Sequence record: DRR723986_5691
Strand: one strand, 5' to 3'
Length of the DNA: 20,000 bases
In this document: positions 7,790 through 15,971 of the stretch, piece by piece
Position numbering within the stretch: position 1 is the first letter of the stretch
Layout: each line of letters begins with the position of its first letter
The notes under the pieces: generated by a model
What the model saw: only the letters and a program-made list of their open reading frames with translations
What the model was told of the DNA's origin: nothing
Databases searched by the model: none
Made by a program: the position numbers and the translations under genes

Positions 7790-8838
7790 GCATTACCGCC
7801 ATCAACCAGCAGCTCTTGCGCGCGATCGGGGTCGGCATTGCCGTCGTCAACAGCAAGGACCTCCAGTTCCTGTTCCAGAACGCTCCGTTTTCCGATTGGT
7901 TCGGCAAGCCGGAAGCCGTCACCACGCTTGCCGATCTGCTGCCGGATATCGACATCGAACAGCTTCGTGAAGCAATCAAAGAGCAGGGACGCTTTTCCGG
8001 AGAAGTCTCCGTCAAGCTCAAGCGCCGGACCCTGGTCATCGCCCTGACCGTTTCGCCAGCTGAAGAACAGGACTTCCTCGTCGTTGAATGCCAGAACATC
8101 ACGCGGATCCGCGAACTGGAGTCGATGATCGACAGTTACTCCTCCATGGTAGAGCGGAATACGCGCGAACTGGAACGCGAGAAGGAACGTGTCGAGCGTT
8201 TGCTGCTCAACCTGATGCCGCGTTCGGTCTACGAGGAGTTCAAGACCTTCGGTGTCGTCACGCCGCAGCTTTACGAGAGCGTTTCCGTGGTCATGCTCGA
8301 CTTCGTGGACTTCACGAAATTCTCCGCAGAGCACGACCCGACGGTGACGCTTGGTGAACTGAACGACATCTTTACCGCATTCGACCGTATCGCCGAGCAA
8401 TTCGGTTGTGAGCGCATAAAGACCATCGGCGATGCCTATCTTGCCGTTTCAGGCATGCCCGAGCCCTCACCGGATCACATGCGCGCTGTTGCCAACTGCG
8501 CCGTGCGCTTCATTCGCTACCTGGAGCGTCGGAACCAGAGCCATCAACACAAGTGGCGGGCGCGTGTCGGACTGGGTACGGGATCGGCAGTCGGTTCCGT
8601 CGTCGGAATCCAGAAGTACGTTTATGACGTCTTCGGCTCGGCAGTGAACCTTGCCGCACGGTTGCAGGAATTCGCCAATCCCATGTGCGTCGTTGCGCCG
8701 GATGCCATGAAGGAATTCCTGGTGGACGAGTTTCATCTGGAAGACCTTGGCAAACGCGAGATCCGCAGCTTTGGAGAAATGCGGCTGATGCGGGTCAGCC
8801 CCGGTGTCGAACTGGCCCATCGGGCGCGGCAGTTCTGA
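7786..8838 (+). CDS. PAS-like / coiled-coil / class III adenylate cyclase
   Basis: N-terminal PAS-like region (GVGIAVVN...FQNAPF...QNITRIR), coiled coil ending LLLNLMP, catalytic motifs MLDFVDFT, IKTIGDAY, YDVFGSAVNLAARL; no transmembrane segment; ATGA overlap with the globin. Confidence 0.92.
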   Translation: MSITAINQQLLRAIGVGIAVVNSKDLQFLFQNAPFSDWFGKPEAVTTLADLLPDIDIEQLREAIKEQGRFSGEVSVKLKRRTLVIALTVSPAEEQDFLVVECQNITRIRELESMIDSYSSMVERNTRELEREKERVERLLLNLMPRSVYEEFKTFGVVTPQLYESVSVVMLDFVDFTKFSAEHDPTVTLGELNDIFTAFDRIAEQFGCERIKTIGDAYLAVSGMPEPSPDHMRAVANCAVRFIRYLERRNQSHQHKWRARVGLGTGSAVGSVVGIQKYVYDVFGSAVNLAARLQEFANPMCVVAPDAMKEFLVDEFHLEDLGKREIRSFGEMRLMRVSPGVELAHRARQF

Positions 8839-8906
8839 CCGGACAACAGGTCCGCTGTCAGGTCATTCGCACAGCCGAAACCCGCCCGCTCAGTCCCACG
8901 GCAAAA

Positions 8907-8940
8907 GCAAAGGTGCGCCCCCCAAACGCAGCACCTTTGC
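8907..8940 (-). terminator. Rho-independent terminator of the AsmA gene (possibly bidirectional)
   Basis: GCAAAGGTGC (8907-8916) / GCACCTTTGC (8931-8940) stem, followed on the minus strand by TTTT; lies between convergent genes. Confidence 0.65.
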
Positions 8941-8952
8941 GCCAATGCGCCG

Positions 8953-11865
8953 TCAGTTCTTGTTTTTCTTCTTGTTCCCGAAAACGTTGCCCAAAAGGCC
9001 GGAAGGCAGACCGAAACCTTCTTCTACCGCTTTCAGAACTTCCTCGTCATCGACCTCGCCGTCCAGAACCTTCTGAACGTCGATCTGGGTCTTGCCGCCG
9101 GTCGCCTGGTTGATGACCTTGTTGGCCTGGTCAACCAGCTCCTGGGACGGTTCCTTCTTTCCCTGAAGAATGGAGATCAGCTCACCGCCGGTCTGCTGCA
9201 GTTGCTTGTAGGCTGCCTCCGGGTTTTCCAGAATACCCTTGATGTCCGGATAGATCCGCGGATCGTTCCACGGACCTTCGATCACGATGGGCACACCTAG
9301 GCCGGCCAGCTTCTTGTCTTCGCCCTTCCGCCGAGGCTGCGGGGCCTGACCTTCCAGCGTCGGCACGATCTTCGGCTCCACACGCCAGGAAAGCCGTTGC
9401 GCCGGCATGTCCGTCGTGCCCTTGCCGGTCATGCGAACCAGCGGCCCGATCAGCGACAGATCGTCGGTCTTGGCAATGCCGTTCTGGATCTGGAACGTTG
9501 AGCCGAGCGAGCTGAAATCGGTCTTGGCCGACGGATTGGCCTGCCATCCGAGCAACGTCTCCACCGACAGGCCACGCACTATCTGCGGCACGTTGATGCC
9601 CTTGATCGCGCCGTCGGCGAACGTGTAGTTGGCTGTCCCGTTCAGGGCCTGCACCAATGCCTGTTCGCTGCCGCCTTTGGAGGTAACATCCAGGTTTATG
9701 TTGGCCTTGCCTTCGATCCAGCTGAAATCGGCTGCATCACGCAGCAACGGATAGGCATTGAGGTTGGCGAGAGCAAATTTCGCGGCAACTTGAGGTGTTG
9801 CGGACGCCCCGTTGAGCGTAACCGTACCGGTGCCGGAGCCGCCGTAAAGTGCCAGCTTTTCCAGGTTCGCAGTCAGCACACCGTTCTTGATGGTGGTCGA
9901 CAGGGCGCTCTGGTCGATCTTGATCTTGTCCCAGCGGATTTCGCTGGTGGTCAGCTTGAAGTCCGCGTCGATCGCATTGAGACCGGAGAAATCTATCGGC
10001 GCTGTACTCCAGCCGCCTGCCCCACCGCGCTTGCCGCCGCCAGCCGAGGAATTTCCGGACGCCTGGCCAGAACCGCCACCACCGCCGCTGCCTGCGCCCG
10101 AAGACGATGCGCCGCCGAGATAGGGGTCGAGCACAAGTTCCCGCAGATCCAACCGCGCCGTAACGCTTGGCTTGCCACCGAGGACGATCCGTCCGTTGGC
10201 TTCACCCGACGTATCATCCAGCGTGAACCGTGTTTCCTCGAATGAAATCGTCTCGCCTGCAACGCCGAAGATGCCTGAAGCCTTGAAGCGCTTCAGACCG
10301 CCACCGCTGCCAAGCGGTTTGCCGAGCCACGCCATGAGCCCGCGCAGGTCGGCAGTATCGACGCTGACCGCACCATCAAGCGCACCGTCGCGCGAAGCCC
10401 GACCATTGAAGCCGGCGCTCACACGATTGCCTTTCACGCTCACGGAAACCGGCGCAGCTCCCCCCGCCAGCAAGCGAGCGGTGTCGCCTTCGCCGGTCAG
10501 GCTGAACGCTTCGCCGCGCCAGGACAAGGCACCGCTGAGCGAAATTGGGTTTTCCAGTCCCTGCAGATCGATATCCATGGCAAGGTTCGTCAGGCGGTCC
10601 GCTTCCGGATCGCCGCCGACCGCCGAAGCAAGCCCAAGTCCGCCAATCTCGCCCTCGGCGATACGTACGGACCCCGTGATATCAAGACCGGCAAGCAGTT
10701 CCTCCCCTGTCTGCCCCACGGTTGCAAAAGCGAGGTCGAGGCTGAGTTTGCCGCTTGCAGGCAAATCCCTGCCCGCCAGCTGCAGGAGATCGGCAATCGA
10801 ACCGTCTTTCAGCACCAGCCGGCCGGAGACTTCAGGAACGCTCCCCGACAGATCCGCGTCCGCCGCACCGCCAAGAGACAGTTGGCCAAGCGTGATGTCG
10901 AGATCAGCCAGCGACAGCATGGCCTCGGTGCCTGCAACCTTGGCCGACACGGCAAAAGCACCCGGATCGGCGGCAAGGTCCTGCCCGGCCAGCGCTGCAA
11001 GCGCTTTCAGGGAAGGACCGGCTGCAGAAAGGGCCAATTCGGCGCGCATCGGATCCAGGCCGGATTGACCGGTGACGGAGACGCTGTTTTCACCGCTGGA
11101 AATTTTCAGGTCTACCGGAACCTGCTCCCCGCCCATGAGAGCGAGCGGGTTGGTCAGGGATCCTGCGACGGCGACCGGCATTTCGCGGAACGTGAAGCTG
11201 GATGTCAGATCCACCTCACCCGACAGGCTGGGCGCCTGCAGGCTGAGATCAAGGTTGGAGATACGAACCGGCTCGGCAGCATCCGGCGCCTTGTAGGTCA
11301 CCGTGCCACCGGTGATCTGCAGGCTGTCGACACCAATGCTCTTGAGATAGCCCTCGGGAGCTGCGGCTGTTTCTGCCGGCTCTGCTTCAGACGCAGGCGC
11401 AGGCGTGGCTTCCGCCAACGCATCGGTTTCGGCGTCGCCGGTTTCAGCCTCGATCAAGTCGCCAATGTCGCTGATGTCGCGGCGGGGCTCCCAGCTCGTG
11501 GTGCCGTTCGGGCCGATTTCCAGATAGATGTCCGGCTTGTCCAGGGCAATTCCGGTCACCTGGATATTGCCGGAAACCAGACCACCCCAGGCGAGCCCAA
11601 ATTCGACACGCTCGGCCTTGGCAAACTCGATTCCGTCGGCACCGGCCTCGCCGGCAAGGCCGATATCTTCCGCGACCAGCGAAAATCCGGGAAACAGCGA
11701 CAAGGACACAGGTCCGTCCAGGCGCACGCGCCAGCCAAAGCGCTTGTCCACCTGCTCAACTACCTGACGCTTGATTTCGTCCTTGGGCAGGAACAGCGGC
11801 ACCACCAGAATGATGGTTACCAGCATGAACAGCAGACTGCCCAGTCCGATCAAAAGCCGACGCAT
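8953..11865 (-). CDS. AsmA-family protein, 970 aa
   Basis: N-terminal membrane anchor, then AsmA_N pattern (G..V.LDGPVSLSLFP...LDKPDIYL), beta-rich body, AsmA C-terminal pattern (LYGGSGTG, DGAIKGIN, KTDFSSL...IQNGIAKTDDL...GKGTTD, VPIVIEGPWNDPRIYPD); SD GGAG. Confidence 0.9.
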   Translation of the reverse strand: MRRLLIGLGSLLFMLVTIILVVPLFLPKDEIKRQVVEQVDKRFGWRVRLDGPVSLSLFPGFSLVAEDIGLAGEAGADGIEFAKAERVEFGLAWGGLVSGNIQVTGIALDKPDIYLEIGPNGTTSWEPRRDISDIGDLIEAETGDAETDALAEATPAPASEAEPAETAAAPEGYLKSIGVDSLQITGGTVTYKAPDAAEPVRISNLDLSLQAPSLSGEVDLTSSFTFREMPVAVAGSLTNPLALMGGEQVPVDLKISSGENSVSVTGQSGLDPMRAELALSAAGPSLKALAALAGQDLAADPGAFAVSAKVAGTEAMLSLADLDITLGQLSLGGAADADLSGSVPEVSGRLVLKDGSIADLLQLAGRDLPASGKLSLDLAFATVGQTGEELLAGLDITGSVRIAEGEIGGLGLASAVGGDPEADRLTNLAMDIDLQGLENPISLSGALSWRGEAFSLTGEGDTARLLAGGAAPVSVSVKGNRVSAGFNGRASRDGALDGAVSVDTADLRGLMAWLGKPLGSGGGLKRFKASGIFGVAGETISFEETRFTLDDTSGEANGRIVLGGKPSVTARLDLRELVLDPYLGGASSSGAGSGGGGGSGQASGNSSAGGGKRGGAGGWSTAPIDFSGLNAIDADFKLTTSEIRWDKIKIDQSALSTTIKNGVLTANLEKLALYGGSGTGTVTLNGASATPQVAAKFALANLNAYPLLRDAADFSWIEGKANINLDVTSKGGSEQALVQALNGTANYTFADGAIKGINVPQIVRGLSVETLLGWQANPSAKTDFSSLGSTFQIQNGIAKTDDLSLIGPLVRMTGKGTTDMPAQRLSWRVEPKIVPTLEGQAPQPRRKGEDKKLAGLGVPIVIEGPWNDPRIYPDIKGILENPEAAYKQLQQTGGELISILQGKKEPSQELVDQANKVINQATGGKTQIDVQKVLDGEVDDEEVLKAVEEGFGLPSGLLGNVFGNKKKNKN

Positions 11866-12088
11866 TTAGTGTCTCCCCGTCGCGAATCGGTCCCCAATGT
11901 AGACCAATCGGGCCGGAACGTCCCCAAGCAGAAGCAACCGCTTTCGCAGGAAAGGAGACAGAACGATCAAATACCGGCACATCGGTCTACAACACCGCAT
12001 ACCGCCCCTGGGACCGGCATACGATCCCGATCACTGTGCCAGCCGATTTTGACAAAAGCAGGAAGTCTGCCGAATTTGCCCCAGGTTG

Positions 12089-12122
12089 GCACCATTCAGG
12101 CTGAAAACAGCCTGAATGGTGC
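12089..12122. terminator. Perfect 15-bp stem-loop downstream of the iron operon
   Basis: GCACCATTCAGGCTG-AAAA-CAGCCTGAATGGTGC, 26 nt past the DUF1513 stop; no U-tract. Confidence 0.5.
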
Positions 12123-12148
12123 AGGATCCGGCCGTCTGCTGCTCTGTC

Positions 12149-13300
12149 TCAGGACAGGGCAAACATGTGATTGTCCCAGGAAATGCCCGGTGGGCGAGCC
12201 AGAATTTCCGCCGGTTGGGCAGGATCCTCGACAAGAGACAATGCCCCGTTGCCGTCAGATATCAGAAAGCTGCCCTGATCGATCGGCGCAACGCCGCATC
12301 CGTCGGCAATGGCCTCGGCACCCAGAAATGCGCCGGTATCGGCCTTCCAGAACAACGTCTGCCCGCCCCTTGGAGCGGACGTTGCAATCACCTCACCGCT
12401 TGCGTTTGCGGTCACCGAGCCGATGTAGTTCTGAAGGCCTGACGCGATACCTGTCGGAATTTCCGTCAAGATGGGTGCCTCGTCCCGCGAAAACACGCCA
12501 ACCAGAGGCGGCAGGTCTGTTTCCGGCCCCTCGAACTGACCGCCGACCCACGCCCGCCCTTGTCCGTCCAGCGCCATATGCCGGAGCGACAGCTGGTGCA
12601 GGGAAGCGTCCAGAGCGTGGCTGGCATGAAGATCACCGGTTTCGCGATCCAGGAACACCACGGTCGGCGCCATGGTGTCGAGATTAAGCTTTTCCCGCCC
12701 CTTGTCCGGATGGGTCATGATGCCGCCATTGGCAACGACAAGCGTGCGCCCGTCCGGCGCGAGCAGCAAGTCATGCGGACCGATGCCATGGGTCTCGATC
12801 TCGCCGATCCGCTGAACCTGACGGCCACTCATGTCGTAAACACCAATCACGCCACGGGCTACGGCATAGTCGTTTTCGACCGCATAGAGCAGTCTGCCAT
12901 CAGCGGAAAAACAGCCATGTCCATAGTAATGGCGGCCAGGTTCCGCCGTGAGAACCTCCGGCTCCACATCCTGATATGGCCGAACCACGACAGCGAAAGT
13001 GCCGGGCCGGCGGGCGAAGGCTACAAACCTGGACTTGTCGGGAGAAACCGCGACGCCGTGGCCCCGTCCCGGCAGACCGATCCTGGCCAGAACCTGTCCA
13101 AGGTCGTCGACAACACCGACTCCATAATCGCCGTTTTCAAGCTTGTAGGCGCTCACGAACAGTGGCACGCCGTCGGAAGCTTCCCGGTTCAGAAGGCTTG
13201 CCGCCAGCGTCGAGCCGGAAAATGCCGGCAAGGCGGCAAGGCCGCCGAGTGCTGCCAGAAAACCACGCCGGGAAAGGGGCTTAGTCACCATCGAGCGCAT
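12149..13300 (-). CDS. DUF1513 protein (Tat-exported beta-propeller)
   Basis: Tat motif SRRGFL; RGHG, FARRPG, RHYYGHGCFS.DG, GIGPHDL, ANGGIMTHP, LSLRHM, YIGSV, WDNH; SD GGAGG before ATG 13300. Confidence 0.9.
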   Translation of the reverse strand: MRSMVTKPLSRRGFLAALGGLAALPAFSGSTLAASLLNREASDGVPLFVSAYKLENGDYGVGVVDDLGQVLARIGLPGRGHGVAVSPDKSRFVAFARRPGTFAVVVRPYQDVEPEVLTAEPGRHYYGHGCFSADGRLLYAVENDYAVARGVIGVYDMSGRQVQRIGEIETHGIGPHDLLLAPDGRTLVVANGGIMTHPDKGREKLNLDTMAPTVVFLDRETGDLHASHALDASLHQLSLRHMALDGQGRAWVGGQFEGPETDLPPLVGVFSRDEAPILTEIPTGIASGLQNYIGSVTANASGEVIATSAPRGGQTLFWKADTGAFLGAEAIADGCGVAPIDQGSFLISDGNGALSLVEDPAQPAEILARPPGISWDNHMFALS

Positions 13301-14360
13301 TAAAACCTCCAGCAAGTTCCAGGGCACCTGCAAGTTCAAGGGCAATCGTGTCGCGAAGCGATTTCAGCGTGATCGCCAGGACAACCATCTTGTCGTAGGC
13401 ATCGCCTTCTTCGAAGGACTGGCGCAAGGGCGGATCCAGGGTCCCCAAAAGAGTGACAGCATTGCCAAACTCGAAGTCGAGCGTGTCGTAAATCCAGGTG
13501 AAATCGTCCGGCGTCAGGTCTTTCAGGTCGAGGGAAGCAATGGCCTTCTGAATGCCGAGCAGCTCGCCGTTGAGATAGACCACGCTGTTGCCGGAGCGCG
13601 AGAACGGAAAGCGCGTCGCCCTGGCCTTGTCCTTGCCGGTTCCCAATGCCGGAAGCACATCCTGATCCCACGCGATGATCAGCCCCGTGACCAGCGCGTT
13701 GAACACGCTTTCCAGCGCTTCCTTCGACGTATGGAACCGCTCGTTGCCGCCTTCAGCTGTCAAGAGCACCTCGCTGTATCCGTCGGGATCCTGCCAGCCG
13801 GCAGCGATTTCGCTGGCCATGGCCGCAAGGTTTTCCGAAATTGCCAGTGCATAGCCGCAGCTAAAGTCCTTGCCGTCGTCCGCCTGCCCAAGCCGAACCG
13901 CATTGTCCTTGTCGAAAGCGAGCAATTCCAGTGCTGTCAGTCCCTGAACCGCGACGCTCTTGTCCTTGAGCGTCGCCGCAGACAACGCGTCCTTGTCTTC
14001 AGAAGCGAGAAGTTTGCGGATCTGGCGTTGCGTGATGCCACGCGGGTCAGGCAGGAAAGCCAGCCGACTGAGGCGATCGTTGTCGATCAACGGGCCAAAT
14101 CGCAAGAAATGCACATGGGAGAATTCCCGCACAGTGTCTGAAAAGGCCGTCCTGAACCCCTCGACCGATGCTTCGTCCGCATTTGCGCAGACCGCTCGAA
14201 CAGCGTCCGGCAGATTTGCAGAGGTTTCGGCAAACGCACCGGTTGCCGGTTGGATATAGGCCTCGATCAGATTGTCGAGTTTCGGCTCGTAGTCCGTGGC
14301 GAACGCGGGCTGGGCGATAACGGCTCCGGAAACGAGAGCGGCAAATAGCAAACAGCGCAT
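13281..14360 (-). CDS. Imelysin-family (peptidase M75-like) periplasmic protein
   Basis: Signal peptide (..PAFA), RFGPL...FLPDPRG, SVAVQGLTALE, C-terminal GFNALDGD; TGATG coupling to the upstream gene. Confidence 0.88.
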   Translation of the reverse strand: MRCLLFAALVSGAVIAQPAFATDYEPKLDNLIEAYIQPATGAFAETSANLPDAVRAVCANADEASVEGFRTAFSDTVREFSHVHFLRFGPLIDNDRLSRLAFLPDPRGITQRQIRKLLASEDKDALSAATLKDKSVAVQGLTALELLAFDKDNAVRLGQADDGKDFSCGYALAISENLAAMASEIAAGWQDPDGYSEVLLTAEGGNERFHTSKEALESVFNALVTGLIIAWDQDVLPALGTGKDKARATRFPFSRSGNSVVYLNGELLGIQKAIASLDLKDLTPDDFTWIYDTLDFEFGNAVTLLGTLDPPLRQSFEEGDAYDKMVVLAITLKSLRDTIALELAGALELAGGFNALDGD

Positions 14361-15889
14361 CAAAGGGACTCCAGAAAACGTATAAGCGATTGTCGGTCGG
14401 CGGGCGGAAGCGCAACCACAGCGTCGCGCGCCTGTCGGGCTTCGCCGTCGTGCCACAGGACCGCTTCCAGCAGATTGCGTGCGCGGCCGTCGTGCAGGAA
14501 CCGGGTGTGATTGTTGACAGTCTCGGTCAGGCCGATGCCCCATAGCGGCGGCGTACGCCACTCCTGTCCACTGGCGTCACCCACCGGGCGATTGTCGGCA
14601 AGGGCTTCGCCCATGTCATGTAACAGGAAATCCGAATAAGGCCAGATCAACTGAAACCTGTGCGCCGGATTTTCCGCCTTTCGACTGGTCACGAATTTCG
14701 GTTGGTGGCAGGCCGGACAGCCCGACTGGTAGAAAACCTGCTTGCCTTTCAGCACCTCGGGATCATCCACGTCGCGGCGCATCGGCACCGCCAGGTTTTC
14801 CGAATAGAAAGTGACGAGATCCATGACCGGGTCCGGAGCTTCCGAGACACCAAGGTTTGCCTGTTCGCCATGAGGCAAGGCGCGGCAAGCTGTCTGCGCC
14901 TTGGTGCAGTCGCCGTAATTATCCGGCATCTCGGGTGTCGAAATGCCGATATCACCGGCAAACGCTGCTGCGGACTGGGCACGGATCGAGGGTTTGGAAG
15001 CCTTCCAGCCGAAACGGCCAAGCGTTAACGCACCCGTCGCAGGGTCACGAACCCGGCTGACCTTGCCGGAAATTCCATCACTGTCGATGTCGTCGGGGTC
15101 CGCAAGCGCTTCAATGTCGCCGGGATGAATGGCCTGCACCAGACCGAGGCCGATCATGGGCGGGGCCGCGCGGGCCGAAATCATGGTGTCGGGGTGCATG
15201 TCGCCATATCCAAGATCCCGGATCCTGTAGACGGGCTTCTGCAACACAGCCTTTTCCCCACCGGCCAGCGGAACCTCGATCTCCTCCACCTCGATATCGA
15301 AGCGTCCTTCACCGGGCAGGCCCGGCACCGCAAAGGTCTGGAACTGACCGCCGTAGGTCGGCTCCGGCACCAGCAGGATATCCTTGTCGGCAAGTGCCTG
15401 ACGCTGCGCCTCGGACTGAGGCGGGATGGACAGGCGAAGGAACATGGAAACCGCGTCTTCACCCGCCCGCGGCGGTCGGCCCCGGCCATCCTTCAAGTGA
15501 CACCCCTGGCAGGAGCGCGCGTTGTAGAGCGGTCCCAGGCCATCCGATGCCTGTGTCGACGAGGGAGAAGACGCCCAGAGCTTCTTGAACAGCCCGTTGC
15601 CTACCTTGAAGGTGGCCTGTTCTTCGAAGGTCAGATTGGCATTGGAGTGGGAATAGGCATCCCGGTTGATCCGCTTTCGGGACGTACCGGCCCCGCCCTG
15701 CATGATTTCGAATGCTTCAGCGGCTTCGAAATCGGCCGGCGGCTGCAGAACCTTCGCGGCCTTGATCCTGTCCTTGGCCGAAAGATCATCCCGGTGAGAC
15801 AGCGCATCATCTGAAAGAGCGGTTCCTGCCGCCAGGCAGAAACACAAAAAGACGCCCGTCATGGCGCCCGGTCTGGGGACCAGTCTCAT
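14360..15889 (-). CDS. Di-haem cytochrome c / di-haem oxidoreductase (DHOR, DUF1111) protein
   Basis: Two CxxCH motifs (SCQGCH, GCPACH), DGLGPLYNARSC, GRFGWKA, LLHDMG, EWRTPPLWGIG, FLHDGRARNL.EAVLWH; signal peptide. Confidence 0.92.
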   Translation of the reverse strand: MRLVPRPGAMTGVFLCFCLAAGTALSDDALSHRDDLSAKDRIKAAKVLQPPADFEAAEAFEIMQGGAGTSRKRINRDAYSHSNANLTFEEQATFKVGNGLFKKLWASSPSSTQASDGLGPLYNARSCQGCHLKDGRGRPPRAGEDAVSMFLRLSIPPQSEAQRQALADKDILLVPEPTYGGQFQTFAVPGLPGEGRFDIEVEEIEVPLAGGEKAVLQKPVYRIRDLGYGDMHPDTMISARAAPPMIGLGLVQAIHPGDIEALADPDDIDSDGISGKVSRVRDPATGALTLGRFGWKASKPSIRAQSAAAFAGDIGISTPEMPDNYGDCTKAQTACRALPHGEQANLGVSEAPDPVMDLVTFYSENLAVPMRRDVDDPEVLKGKQVFYQSGCPACHQPKFVTSRKAENPAHRFQLIWPYSDFLLHDMGEALADNRPVGDASGQEWRTPPLWGIGLTETVNNHTRFLHDGRARNLLEAVLWHDGEARQARDAVVALPPADRQSLIRFLESL

Positions 15890-15935
15890 ATTCGCATCCT
15901 GACTGTAATCCGCGAGCCCCAATTCGCGGACAAGC

Positions 15936-15961
15936 CGTCAGGCGGCCGATGCCGCCTGACG
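15936..15961 (-). terminator. Intercistronic stem-loop after the IrpA-like gene
   Basis: CGTCAGGCGGC-CGAT-GCCGCCTGACG 11-bp stem 10 nt past the stop; second stem TCCGCGA/TCGCGGA at 15909-15930. Confidence 0.5.
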
Positions 15962-15971
15962 ATCTATTCGA

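Noticed and set aside
7786-8838. Guanylate cyclase assignment
   Set aside because: Specificity positions are Lys/Asp (ATP type), not Glu/Cys (GTP type), despite the sGC-like architecture.
10010-10117. GCC-rich low-complexity tract
   Set aside because: Encodes the Gly/Ser linker of AsmA; not an independent tandem repeat.
11898-11952. Resemblance to c-di-GMP-I riboswitch (CGAAAG...GGGACG...TCCGGCC on minus strand)
   Set aside because: Lacks the GGCAAA and GCAAA conserved segments and the spacing is wrong; kept only as an unclassified structured leader.
10882-12687. 601-aa plus-strand ORF spanning asmA, the intergenic region and DUF1513
   Set aside because: Antisense shadow of two well-supported genes; Arg/Pro-rich with no motif; long stop-free antisense frames are common in GC-rich DNA.
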